A program made the translations under genes and the position numbers. Shown here piece by piece: positions 1-13,500 of a stretch of DNA of 64,000 nucleotides. The notes beneath the pieces are model-generated. The model did no database searches, was not told the DNA's origin, and saw only the letters and a program-made list of their open reading frames with translations. Position 1 is the first letter of the stretch; each line of letters begins with the position of its first letter. The stretch is from Magallana gigas (Eukaryota): the NCBI RefSeq assembly GCF_963853765.1, contig NC_088855.1, positions 24,118,001 to 24,182,000 on the forward strand, written 5' to 3'.

Positions 1-1164
1 GCTTCCATATTCCTGAAATGCCGTATTTTCATGCAGCTAATAACGATATATAACTCATATTCTTGAGTCAAAATCACCAAACTCTTCATCAATATGGACA
101 AAAGAAAAGTTTGAAACTTTTTTAAAAATAATTTATTTTCAACATCTAACATAAACATTAAAACAGAGCCATAAGGGTGTTGGTACCTCTAATTTTATTA
201 ACACACAGTACATTATTGCAATATATTAGTAAATGGATGTAAATTGATATATAACATTGATTACTGCACGATGACCGTGAAAGTTGAAAATTGATAACAA
301 TGCAAGTAAATAGTGTTCAATTTGTTGAAAGGACAGTATATGGCAATATGTCTGTAGACAAAAACATTGTATAACGTTAAACCTAATTATACTCAAGCCT
401 ATTGATGATTCAAACTTTTAACGTGGCATTTGATCGTAGTCGCTAGTCCTAAAATAAGTCCCCGACATCCCGTGACTTATACTTTTTATGAAAGAACGTC
501 ATAACTTGGCAATTTCATCCCAATATAAAACGGTTTTATCGCCAATTATGGTTGCTTATCTTTGTAGTGCAATGGGTATAGCTTAGATCTAATGACCCGA
601 AATTTGAATGATGAAGCAGGGGCTTTTGTTTTTCATGAATAGCAACACTTACAGCTTTTTTTTAAATTTATGACCCCCCCCCCCCCCCTTGGAGAAAAAA
701 GTATCATTAACTTCCTCTCATTTTACGTGTAAACTGTAATTCTATATCTATAAGAAGAAAAATATAAGCTTAAATGCAAAACTTTTCCCTATGAATTGGA
801 GGACCCTTAATATCATATTAACAGGTTGTCATTCATGCGATATATAAGGCATTATAATTTAAAATTATCATCGTTAAACCTATATATAACATTGGCTACT
901 GTATATACCGGTAATCATAGCATTCCCAAAGCAGATGAAACACTTTTCAAAAAGTTATATTTTTCTATATTTAATATTCATATTCACCCACCCTGTAACA
1001 CTTGATTTTGCTCAATTGTTTGTAATTAATGTTACACCGACAAGCTTGAAATTGAAATATTAGATTGCTGGTTTCATTATGCAAAATGTCTTGATTAGGC
1101 GTAGAGCCAACACCCTGGCGTTGCAAATACCGAAGAACCCTATATGTTCCGAAGAAACGATGAT

Positions 1165-4100
1165 TTAGTTTTCCTCATGGTATTTGTGCATCAGAGCGTT
1201 AAGCATGGGGGACTTGGACATTGGTGGCCTCCTGCTCTCGAGGGCCTCGATACGGTGGTGCAGCATCTCGTTTTTGGCGATGAGGCTCTTTGCCAAAGTA
1301 CGGCTGTAAAACAAAAAAAACCCATTCATTATAGCTATCGGAAACCTCTGGTGAAGATACCTTAACATATAACATATCTCATTTCAGACGATAATTGATT
1401 GAGTGTCTCTGCTAATTGGAAACTTCGGGGAAAAAAATTATACCATGGAAATAGCAAATAAAGTGCTGCAATTTCTATGCAAATTTCAAACACTAAACTG
1501 GTGATTTAAAACAACGAAAATTTATGGGATCTCTTAAATTGTTGACTTTTGAATGTTATCTCTTCTTAAATTGCTTCATGCACTTTAACGACATTGCTCA
1601 CAATGACAATGCAATATTGTTTTCATTATGTGTCCTCGTTTTAAACATAGATCAGGGTATTCCTTACAATCATAAACATTGCGACTTACTAGTGAAGAAG
1701 ATCCTGGAAAATCTCGCTGACTTCCTCCTCGGAGAAATGGCTGCCGGGCATACCGACATTGGTGGGCCTGTCACCACCATCCACATTGATCTCAAGGTTC
1801 AAGGTCAGGGGAGCTATAAATAGAATTATCCTTGTATTAAATCGGTGTCAAATCGTAGGGTTTTTTTCCCGAAAAATTAAAAGATACTTTAACTTCAGTC
1901 GAATTACAAAAGAGACAAAATAACTGTGTGTATGGTCTGAATCTTACCTCCATATTGAGGAGCTGGGCCCATGGGCATTGGGGCGGGCTGCATTGGGGGC
2001 ATGGTCTGGGCCATCATCATTTCCTCGATCATTGGCCAGTATTCCTGGGCTTTCTCCATGATGTACGGCAACAGCTTGTTGGGCTCATCTGTGGTAGGAA
2101 CAAGGGTTTGTTAAATCTTGATGTGTTTACATGTATTTATTCATGTTGAATCTATTCCTTCTGTGAGCATCTGGAGATTTTAAGAATAATGAGGGCAATA
2201 ATACTTTTAATAAAACATACCGACTGGGACGCCGAAAGCTCTCAGTTTCTCCATGATTGTGTTTGTAATAGAGTCGAAGCTGAAACCTTCGGAGAAATCG
2301 AATCCGAATTCCTTGGCCTTCTCGTTGGCGATTTCTCTGACTTTCATGAGGGACTCCTCTGGTTTCTCTGGGTCGACTTCAAACCCTGCCTCCTGCAGAT
2401 CACTGATGATGTTTTTGACGATCATCTGCTTGAACTCATCGTTGTCCATATCAGCTGTAATGATGAGAGATATTTTTGAATCAAACAAATACAAAAATGT
2501 TTAAAATATAGAACCTCATTAAAATTTCGACACACTTTTTTCCCCTTAATATTTATTTAGAATACTGTAGATGAAGAAGCAAGCTTTTATTTTGAACAAT
2601 CGCATTAAACAACCCACTTCTTCTCGAGAGAGAAAAAACCCCGCGAGTATGGTGTTTAAAGAAAGCAAATATATAAAGAATATAGTTTTACATCGAATTG
2701 AACTCTTTAAAAAGTCCAGACCTAGATACAGTTTTGTGTGTAGCTGTATTTGATACTTACGTTCTACGCCATAAGATACTTTCATCTCCTCCAGAATCTG
2801 TCTCTTCAGCTCTTCGGGGTTGCTCAGGTCCAAGCCTTCCTCCTTCAGGTCTCCCATGATCTTCTCCTTCAATTTTCCGACAATGTCGCTGGTGTCGACT
2901 ACACAAAAGTTAAAAAAACACGTGCTGTTAAATTCACATGTCAAACAATAGAGAAGGAGATATAAGAAACGTTAAATAGTCTGAAAAACACCTTAACACA
3001 AAATATAGTAACTGAACTCACCATCCTCGATTTTCATGTCAAGGTCTTTCTCGACCTGTTTCAGGAGATCTTTCTTCATCTTGGGGATGATATCGTTGAG
3101 ATCACCTGAAAGTCATATATGAAATGAATTATAGAATGCCTTTTATATACCGATGCCAAAATACACATTTGTATATAGCGCGCCTTTATTTTAAAAAAAT
3201 GCAATGTTGATGATCGCGTTTCCTAATGCAGGTCGCATATACAAGATATCCCAGTAATAATTACACATATGAAGGTCACCTTCAATTCCCATCCCTTTCA
3301 TCATGTCCTTGATCTGGTCAGTGTTAAAGGCGGCGTTGTCCTTGACCTGGTCAGCCAGGGCGCTCAGGTCCATGTCCTTGGGCAGGTTCTTAACCATATC
3401 CTCAAGCTGGGACTCGTCCACTCCTGGAACAGTCAACAACTACGGTTAGTTTCATTTATTTTTAATGGGGGGGGGGGGGCAATGATCGATGTATCTTCCC
3501 CTTATTGAAAATGTGTGGTAATCGTATATATTAACAGTTATTAAAGATGCAGCGGTTATCAGGTTGTGACATACCCATGCTGTGCATCATGTCCTTCATT
3601 TGAGGGGGGAGGTTCTTGAGGGCATCCTCGATTTTCTCTGGGGTAAGGTCTTTCAACATCTCTGGGTTGATGCTTGACATCATGCTTGAGATGTCCATAC
3701 CGCCAAACACTGAAAAGCAAACGTTGAACAATGATGCAAATCAAATGTAACAGTAATGTAAGATGGACGGTTTGTTTTCGGATACAGTAGTGTTGTTTGA
3801 GAATCAATTTTTAACCGTTTTCTAGTTCTTGCTTTGTTTGATTTTCTTTAAAATTCAATATGGAAACTGGATGGTCAAAATTGACCATCAGATTTTTCTG
3901 TAAATTTTTATATTGATTTATCTACTTATCATTTAGTAAAGAAAAAAATTAAAATATTCAAATTTAGAAATTGAATATTTGCTTTCTTTTAATATACAGC
4001 TCTTCTTTTTTGGAGATTGATATAGTGTAAAAATGACCACAACCATCAAGCCCTTTTAAGCTTTGCATCATTTTATATGATTCCAAACTTGATACCAAGA

Positions 4101-4217
4101 AGATGCATTCTTTAGTATCAAAGCTCAACTTGCCCAAGGTTTCAACAACTTGACCGCAAACTTACTTTGGCCCATGGCAACTGTTGCCAGCATTCCAATA
4201 ATTACAATTCGGATCAT
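1165..4217 (-). CDS. Secreted Met-rich acidic helical-repeat protein, paralogue A (~396 aa, 9 coding exons), function unknown
   Basis: Coding exons 4217-4166, 3709-3575, 3423-3280, 3105-3022, 2898-2761, 2454-2221, 2088-1948, 1813-1690, 1303-1165 join at GT-AG sites into 1191 nt ending in TAA. Hydrophobic signal-like N-terminus MIRIVIIGMLATVAMG; about 39 Met, no Cys; C-terminus DLLHYRTLAKSLIAKNEMLHHRIEALE. A paralogue lies at 7431-10519. Confidence 0.9.
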
Positions 4218-4426
4218 TTCTACAATAGAAATATAAAAGAATAAAGCACTTGGTAATGGTTTGTATTGAATGGGGGTGACAATGATACAAGATTCACCTG
4301 ATGTCAGCAATTATTATTTGCATGATTTCAGACATCAATCAACAATCTCTTAGAAAAATAAAGGTAGCTAAGGAATTTTCTTTAAAAAAAAATTGTTGCA
4401 CATATAATTCAACCACATCTACTTAC

Positions 4427-4482
4427 TGCTTGCGAGTTCACTGTGTAACTGACTAAAATCTGGATTTCCCGGCTATATATAT
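4427..4482 (-). promoter_or_regulatory. Core promoter (TATA + Inr) and short non-coding exon 1 of paralogue A
   Basis: On the minus strand TATATATA (~4474-4482) lies 24-32 nt upstream of TCAGTT (4447-4452). A ~25-nt exon then ends at a consensus GTAAGT donor (4421-4426); the acceptor at 4220-4221 is 2 nt before the ATG. Confidence 0.7.
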
Positions 4483-5108
4483 TACCTCTGATGTAATATG
4501 ACGGTTCGGGTAACATCACATTCGGGTAACATGTCGATTACGGAAGATGCAATATAACTTAGGGGCAACAGGAAGAAGCATGAAACAAACGTGGCACCGT
4601 GTAAATTGCTCTCAGATAGAACAGCAGACGGCAAGGTTTAGGATCGTCTGCAGTTACGTATTAATCCGTAATTCACAAGTTAAATGAAAGTAATATTTTA
4701 ATGGCCCGAGGTTGTGTTAAAACATCAGGGTACACGGTAAATATTTGTTTTATAATAAACGAGATACAACTTCCCTCTTTTAGTTTATACCTTTACTTAT
4801 CGTAAATATTTTGTATGGGGATTTCTTCAAAAAGGTAAGAACAAGCCGGATGCCAAAGAAAGTTTATAATAATACAAATTAATTGCTTTTATATTCGACA
4901 AAGCGGATCCATCAACAAACAGATCTTTGCTAAGATAATAAGATGCTTAATACGGATTCAAGTGTTCAATGCAACTTTGTAAAATGGATAATTAAATGTT
5001 GCTATTCCCTTATTTTTGTAATCACCAATAAGTTTAATTAAATCGATGTTGTTGTATTTAGCTATTACTTTATGATGACATTATACATGAATTATGATAT
5101 TGATATTT

Positions 5109-5208
5109 ATGTCCTTTCTGATATATTTCATTTTATCAAATCAAATATACAACATGACTACTTGTTGTATATTTGATTTGATAAAATGAAATATATCAGA
5201 AAGGACAT
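5109..5208. repeat. Perfect 46-bp inverted repeat with 8-nt loop
   Basis: ATGTCCTTTCTG...TACAACA (5109-5154) is the exact reverse complement of 5163-5208. Related half-copies lie near 5560-5595 and 5680-5740. Confidence 0.9.
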
Positions 5209-7430
5209 TTACTTACAAGTAATTTTTCTCATTTATTGGATTATAAATAGAAAAAAGAGATAATTATGATCAATTATAATTTAAAGGGTCCTAAAATATT
5301 AAACATAACCGCTTATTTCTTTTGCAACAAGTAGCAGTTTTTTTTAAAGCATATTGCTTGATGTATTATTTCATATCGTGTGTATTTCAGAAAATAAATG
5401 TATATTTTAAATAAAAGTATGTTAGAAAATTTTTCAGAAAACATTATCATTAAACGTATGTTTTCTTTTTTTTTTACTCCAGAGTTACGCTTTTTGTCAA
5501 ACAAATTCGTTGATTTTAAATGCTTTAGGATAATTTACAATAAGATTGTCACGCATATTTAATTTGATAAAAATGAAATATATATGGAAGGACACTTGCA
5601 GAGATTCGCTTTTGCTACCTTCATAGTCCGTATGAACCCCAAAAGAAAGGAGTTTACTATTCACATAATTTCATCTCTCTGTCCTTTCTGACATACTATA
5701 CTTCTTGAATAAAATCTGCAAATGACTACTTCAATATTTCAGAAATGATGTCTTCTTAACTCTCTCCGATCTATAGTTTATTATCTATACAAATGGAGTG
5801 AAAGTTCGTAAAGTCGTTGTTTTCGATCCTTACGAATTTTGACGTCAATCCGTGCATTTTCAATAAAGTTAAAAGTTTCTACGAAAAATATGCCTCAAAG
5901 GCATAAAATATAGACATCATTATGCAATGTAAACATTTTCCAAGGATAACGGGTAAAACGCTGTTATTCACTATATGAACACTGCTTAAAAATACCGGGT
6001 ACATTTGAAGACAGTTTTTAACGTTTTTGAAAGGCTTTTTTTTTTTTTTACATGTATACTGGTTTATACACAGAATTGGTTTTGTGAATAGCACTATGAA
6101 CACAAAGAAATTTCTGAAGAATTAGAGAAATAGAAAACATTTAGCAGATTTATATTAAACATTTATATCTTTATTATTGACATATATTGATATACCAAAA
6201 GACAATTATGTATACTACAGTAGGCTACAAGCGTTTTGCAATCGTTATACACATGTATATTACATGATAACATTTTATAATAAATAGAACAATCGATCAA
6301 ACATATGATCAAGAATTCATCGTCTATATTTCTTGTTTTATTACTGGAGTTAAACAAACATTATTATTCCTAGATTATTATTTACACTAAACTAATGTTG
6401 ATATCTTTGCTTCAATCTTAATTTTGAACAATGGAAACAAATCAACCCGGAAGTATAAGGACTGCTTATCAGATAAGTAAACATATTCTACAGAGATCCC
6501 AGCACTTTTAAACTGATGTAAACTAGTGATTTATGTTGTATATTTGATAAGATTAAACTTCTCCAAAAGATTATATTTTAAAATGCTTTCCCCACTGTTA
6601 CATATATTAAGTATCTATGATAGATTTTTCAAATTATATAGGTAAAAAAAGATAATGCAAAATGAAATGATAAAAAAGATTTCTACTTGAATGTAGAATA
6701 AGGTAAGATTTTTCGATTGAAAGTGTTTCTGCAATTTTTGGTAGACTAGATTTTTTTTTTTAATTCAATTCACTCAATTCATTTAGAACCCCATCTCTCA
6801 TTTTTGATAACTAAAATTATTCGTAATGTAATTTTTCAATTTAATTTGAATTACTGTGTTGAGACAACTTATATAATTTCTAAATGCCATTGATATCATT
6901 TTTTAAATTCATCTTTGCAAATTATAAAATCAAGGAGTGGACTTGAAAAGATTTACATGCATCCCAGCTTTAGCAAATTGTAATGCAATCTTATTTAAGA
7001 AGAGAACAAACGTATCTCTTTTCAATTCCCCTCAATTAAAAGTGTGTAAAGATCAAAATGACAAGAGATAGTGGGGTGTTTATATCACGCGTTCAATTTT
7101 CCATTACTTATGTACATACTGTAGCTGTAAAATATTTCCACTTTAACGTTTGTTTTCTCTTTATCAGAACAATACTACGTTAGTTTCATTGGTTAATAAA
7201 CGCAAATCACAAATAAAAAAACACAAAAAATAAACATGATTAGCAAAAGTCATGTTTCTTTTAGATAGATTTTAATGAAGTAGTATACAGGATTTGTTGA
7301 AATTAAATCAATTCTAAAACGTTGTAATTTGATGCCTTATACATCTGTTATGTTGTTCTGGTTCGAGTTGCAGGTCTCCATCGCTGTTCTTATCTCGCGG
7401 GGTTTTTTTCTTCTCCAAACTCCTTTTTAT

Positions 7431-10400
7431 TTATTCCTCAGATCTGGCCATGATGGCGGTGAGCAGGGGTGACCTTGACATGACTGGTCTGTCCAAGGCC
7501 ATCAGGCGGTGGTGGAGCATTTGGTTCTCGGCGATCAGTTTCTTGGCCATGTGGCGGCTGTAAAAATTAGGAAACGTAATGTCTACCATTCGTTACCTTA
7601 GACTTCAACGAAATCGGTACTTTTTACTAACATTTGAATAATTATTTTTTTCAAGTCAAATTGTTTCAAACTACTCACTAGTGGAGAAGATCCTGAAGCA
7701 TTTCCATCATCTCAGCCTCTTCGTCATACTCTGCAAATGAAATTAAACAACTAGCATTCACATTTTTTCTTCACTCTAAAGGATATTATGAAGATTAATG
7801 GAGTTATAACCCAATCAACGTTGCACAGCTCTTAGCACTGTTTGATAGCTCATTTATTCGGATTATTTTACAATTGGAACGTGCAATAGTTTGACAAAAC
7901 TTACGATATCTTCCACCGAATTCTGACTCTTCGTTGTCGTCAATGTTGATTTCGAGGTTGAGGGTCAAGGGCATGGCTAAATTAAAACAAATTGAAAATA
8001 CCAAGATGCAGTTGAAATAATTAAGCATTCACGTAATTGGATGAATAAGGATACATTTGTCAGCACACAATGCAATCCGAAGACACGATCCGATCGGAAC
8101 TTACCGAATGGTGGACGCTGCATGGCCATTGGGTGCATCACTGGCATTGGTCTCATCTGGGGCATCATTTGGGGAACCATCTGGGGAACAACCTCGGGTT
8201 CTGTAAGGGGAGCGTTGTTTTTTATTGACCTGTTTTTGTTTAGCTATTTTATTGATGAATTTCTTATCTTTACAAAGTCTTAAGCATGGGCAAAAAAATA
8301 ATTATGAAATTGCTAGTTGGTGGAAGGTGGAACAATGTATGTATCAGAACGTGCGTTGGATATATGATTGATTGCTCTTACGCATGTTGCTAAGGAACTC
8401 GAGGATGAGTGGCTGGTATTCCTGGAATTTCTCCATCAGGTAGGGGATGAGTTTCTCCTGGTCATCTGGAAAAATAGATAAAACGATATCTTCAGAAACA
8501 TTCTCTATTTAAAATATAAGAGTTGAGGGTAGACTCAGCTCCTCACTTAATGTATTGCACCACCGCTTAAGGCTAAAATTTGGGTCCCGAGACACAATGT
8601 TGATGAGATTTCCATGTAAGACTATTTACCAACTGGAACGCCATTCTCTCTCATGGTTTCCATGACCTTCTTTTTGATTTCGGGCCATTCCATCTGCTCG
8701 TCGATCTCGAATCCGTAGTTCTTGGCCATCTCGAAAGCCATGGATTTCAGCTTGATGATAGCTTCCTTTGGCTCCTCTGTTTAATATGAGGAACAGTTAA
8801 TTATGGCTGCTATACAAGTATATATTATGTGAAAATGTATTCTTAACGATATTATCTTTGTTAAATATTATAGGTTAAAATTTGATAAGAATCAATACCA
8901 GGATCGATGTCGAATCCTTTTTGTTGGAGGTTGATCAGGAGATCCTTCAGAACCATCTGTCTGAACTCCCCATCGTCCATGTCGGCTGCAGAAAAAAAAA
9001 CCCCAAAAACTTCAACAACTAACACAACATTTAGTCTATTTTGTATCGATAAGACCAAAGAAAAATGTAATAAGAAAAACGGCTAAAGTCGTTAACGACT
9101 TACGGGAAACGCCAAAGTAAGCCTTGGCTCTCTGGATGATGGACTTCTTGGTTTTCTCGGGATCTTCGGAGTCGATCTCCACTCCCTCTTCCTTCAGACG
9201 ATCAATGGCGACCTGCTTCAGTTTACCGATGACGGATTCCTCGTCATCTGTGATACAGACATTCATAGAAATAGTATTTCTTAAATGGATTCGACATTTA
9301 TTCATCATTTCTTTCCGTTTCAAAAGACAACTTACCGTTATCAAAATCAATTCCAAAATCATCCTTAAATTTATTTTTCAGCTCGCCAACAATTGCGGGG
9401 AGCTCGTCAACTGTAAAGAGTGGAAAGTTTTAGCTAAAACTGACACATTCAAAGACTGAGCTTGGGTATTCATCGTTCAATGAGTAACTACATCATTGAT
9501 CCGTGTGAATTTAAGCTAACCTGGGACACCCATCTGTTCAAATGTATCCTTGCCGCCGGCGAGTTTGTCGGTCATCATGGAGGCGAGGACTTTAGGGTCC
9601 TTGGGCATCATCTTGACGGCCTGCTCAGCCTGTTCTTTTGTGATTCCTGCATAAATTCACACATTTTGCTAAAAGTCGCCGCTTACAATAAAATCTAAAA
9701 TGAAGCTTGCTATGTGATAATTTATCGATCAGATTATTTATAGAAACCAGAATGGTAAGTGTTTTGAGACAGTTCATATGATACAAAAATGACAAACAAT
9801 GAGAAAATAAATGAAAAGTTGAACTACTTTTTCGAACTTTTTGTGTAGTTCAACGTTTTCGAACTTTTTGTGTAAAGGAATGAAATGGGCATGACCCGAA
9901 CTGTGAGCGCATTTAGAGCACTAACCCATGCTTTCCATCATTTTCTGCATTTGGGGGTTCTCCAGAGCTTCGTTGATTTTCTCGGGGGTCAGGCTTTTCA
10001 TTGCGTTCTCAATGGCTCCTGGTGGCATGTTTTTCAGCATGCTTTGCATATTACCGAGGTTTCCCATGAGTCCGCCCACTGATTCGAATAAACGATTCGT
10101 ATAACAATTTTCATTTTTTTTTTTTGCAATTTTACTGAAATTCTGTCAATTTTATCACAAGTGAAAAATAATGGGTTTTCTTTAAGATTAACTTAACCAA
10201 AAAATAATAAACAATGTTTGTTATTACCATTAATTTTGGCTTAAACACAAATTTTTACTTGTTTATATATTTGCTTTGTGACAACGAGGAAAATTAAATG
10301 AACGAATTTGGTGGTTAACAGGGATAATCTCTATGCCTTTTCTTTTCAATAGAGATATCAAACAATATACGTTATCCTTGTTTGATTTGTCACTATCATT

Positions 10401-10519
10401 GATTATCAAATTTAACAAAATTTTGTTACAGTCAACTTACTGGCTCCTAAGTTCAGACCTCCAAGGTTCATGCCAAAGGCCATGGAGGCCAAGGCCCCAA
10501 GTACTACTAATCTAAGCAT
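7431..10519 (-). CDS. Secreted Met-rich acidic helical-repeat protein, paralogue B (~413 aa, 12 coding exons), function unknown
   Basis: Coding exons 10519-10441, 10078-9926, 9646-9521, 9410-9336, 9247-9104, 8985-8899, 8776-8630, 8465-8382, 8200-8105, 7976-7905, 7730-7679, 7557-7431 give 1242 nt in frame. Signal-like MLRLVVLGALASMAFG; about 44 Met, no Cys; PQMMPQMRPMPVMHPM tract. Shares PDMD..EF.QM, PLTLNLEIN and QDLLHY...MLHHR motifs with paralogue A. Confidence 0.9.
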
Positions 10520-13500
10520 TCTGAAAGAACAATATGGAAACACTGATGATAAAGTTCCAAGGCAAAAAAATATATCTGCAACAGTAAAGTTCAATCCTAT
10601 GAAATAGATTTTCTACAGATGTAAAAATGAAGATAACGTACTTCTAGTTGGGATAAGAGTTCAGGTCTTACTAAAGCAAGTGGGCCCAGTACATATACCC
10701 TTTAAAGAGTCACGTGATAAGGAGACTATGACAAAGCCAAATGAACCCGAACCAAAGGGTGAGCGGTAGAGGGTATGGTTTGTGCAAATACGTGTCGAAC
10801 ATTGTTTGGGTCCATCGCTTACATCCGAACCTCTAGGGCCTCAGGGCGAGAAGAAGAAAACGCGCACTGGTTGGTTATTTGGAAAATCCGATCATTTTAG
10901 GTGTAATCGCAAGCCTTTCGTACACGAACTGACTAATCTGGGTATCCAATTATACTGAATTACGTCCTCCGATTGTATCATCAGGTTCAGAGATACATGT
11001 CGCTGTTTATCAAATGATAAATGAGATTGGTCATTATATATTGGTACTACCCATAACGCGTCATTACGGATGATCTAGGTACTTCTGCTCCTTTGTTTTA
11101 AAACATAACTTTTCTGATGTCTTCATTTCATAAATGCAGAACAAGATATCAAATTATTTGAAATGAAAACAGCATTCTTGGTCGGGAGTAGGGGTGGGTT
11201 GTTCAAAGAAGTCAAATTGCCTAGAGAGACTTCGCTAATGTTTGATAAAAGGTTCTGGTTATTTCATAAAAACATCGTATATCATTTAAGGATTATTGTT
11301 ATTACTATAAGTAATTCACATTTTGACGATGAATACCACTGAGCCATATTCTAATGTTTATGATTTTATCTTAGATGGCTCTAGAATCGTTTCCAATCGA
11401 GCTAATAAAAAATGTGTTTTAGCAATAAAAAAATTGTGATATTACGAGGAATGACAAACAAATAGGATTTTCCGCATTGATTCTTCAATACACTGATAAT
11501 AACATGGGTAACGTATGGTCCTTTGACAATCTAAATTCAAATTTCTAGAGAAAAAAAGACGAGATAATACTGGGAACAAAAGATTTTCATTCCAGAGCGT
11601 AGTTAGAAATTAGCGAGTCTTGGACACGCAGTGACAAGCCCTCGTATTTACTTCCGCTTTCACATCAATCTTCTGCTGTCAGTGTTATGCGGCTGTTTTT
11701 CGGTTAGATCATAAATAGATCCTCTGGGCATGATTTTCTGTAGCAAACTTATGCGTGTTGTAGGGTAAAAAAGATCCCATCTACAAAACGTATTTATTTT
11801 ACTCTTAACATAAATAAAGCACAATTAAACGTTTAATTTTCCTTCCTTTTATTTGAAAACTTATTGGAATAGTTTCATTAATTAGCAGATTTTTTGGTGT
11901 TGTTGTAAAGAGAGTAAAAATTTTCCCCATTATTGGGAGGAAGTTAATTTCTCTTATCTTTCTTACACTCAGATTTTATAATTTTTAACTCTAAGAGAAC
12001 TGTGCATTTAAATACATTATAATGCTTTGTGATCCCCGGCTGCACCGATTCTGTCTTTAATAATTCCCTGTAATAATAAAGATCATCAGACAGTGTTTAT
12101 ATATAGCAAAGCGGAAAAATATTAAAATCATGCATGCTCTTAAGCCCCCCCCCCCCCCCCCCCCCTCTTCCCGTAACTGACCGCGTCGGTTGTAAACTGA
12201 TAAATCAAATGTACCAAAAAATTTTGATTATAGAGGCAGAAGTATATTGCAAATCCATGCAATGTTTACTTAATTAGAACTGGAAATAGATATAGGAAAT
12301 TACTTTTTTCCCCATCTCATACCGATTGGTTGGAAGCAACCATTTACTTTCCATACATAATGTCATTCCATCTTCGGAGATAAAGGTAATGGCATGAGTG
12401 AAATAGATCCACGAGAGCTAAAAATACGGGATGTTTAAATATAGCAGCCAATGTTTTTATATTATCGTTGATTTTGCCTGATGTAGGAATTTAACATTTT
12501 GACTTTCAGTGCACATTTCTGCAGCATTGAAATCGACATTGGTCGCCAGTCATTGAACGATAGGACAGACACAGTGTTTCCACTCAATGCATTTATTTTT
12601 AACAAATCAACTTTCAATAACAAACAAATATACGGAATATTATTGATAGCACATCTGTGAACATTGTATATTTATACAATACTTGATAAATAAGGTTATA
12701 CATATTGGTGAATGCAGTCATCTCTCAAAACATACCCAAAATACAATGTATTATAAAAATTGATATAATTATAATAAAATCCTCACATCAATTAACAAAC
12801 AAAAAAAACTAAACTCCCAAACAAACAGTTTAGATCATCATATTCTGTTGCAATGTAAAACACATCTTCTAAGGGGAACACAATCATGAATTGAACATAT
12901 AAATTTTCTGATAAATGTGTGATTTTTTTTCTCAGAACAATGCTTGATGTAATTTAAATATATGTCAATTTAACATTTCAACATATTTATTCATAACAAC
13001 TATATACTAGGCTACAAACTTAAAATGTATGCAACATTCATTCTGGAGAACATTTTTTTTGGTATCAAGTTGTGAATTCATCAGAAAACAATTATTATAG
13101 GTAATCAACATAATAGTGATCAGATTTACCTTGAATATTTAGATATGATTTCTTAAATTTTAACGATCATTTAGTAAAGAATCTAAAGCTTAAGAGGGCT
13201 GGATAGTTGTGGCCATTTTTAGACTCTATTTATCTTCTTAAAATGAAGAGCCCTGTAGGAAAACAGACAAATTTTAAAACTATAAGTATTTTTTTTCAGT
13301 GTTGCTAAGTGTTGTAAAACTTCCTGTTTGACATTTTTTTTTGAAAGAATATAAAAGCTAGGATGGAAATAAAACTTCAATAAATAATCATTAAAGCAAT
13401 ATGAGCTGCAATTTTTATGCTGAAATTTTTTTCAGCATAAATGTATCTGAAATGTTATTTTCTACCAAAATGACAAAAATATCATGGTTTTTAAATTGAT

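Noticed and set aside
8048-8055. U12-type donor-like GTATCCTT on the minus strand in paralogue B
   Set aside because: It lies mid-intron; the canonical GTAAGT donor at 8104 already gives the correct frame and I see no U12 branch site.
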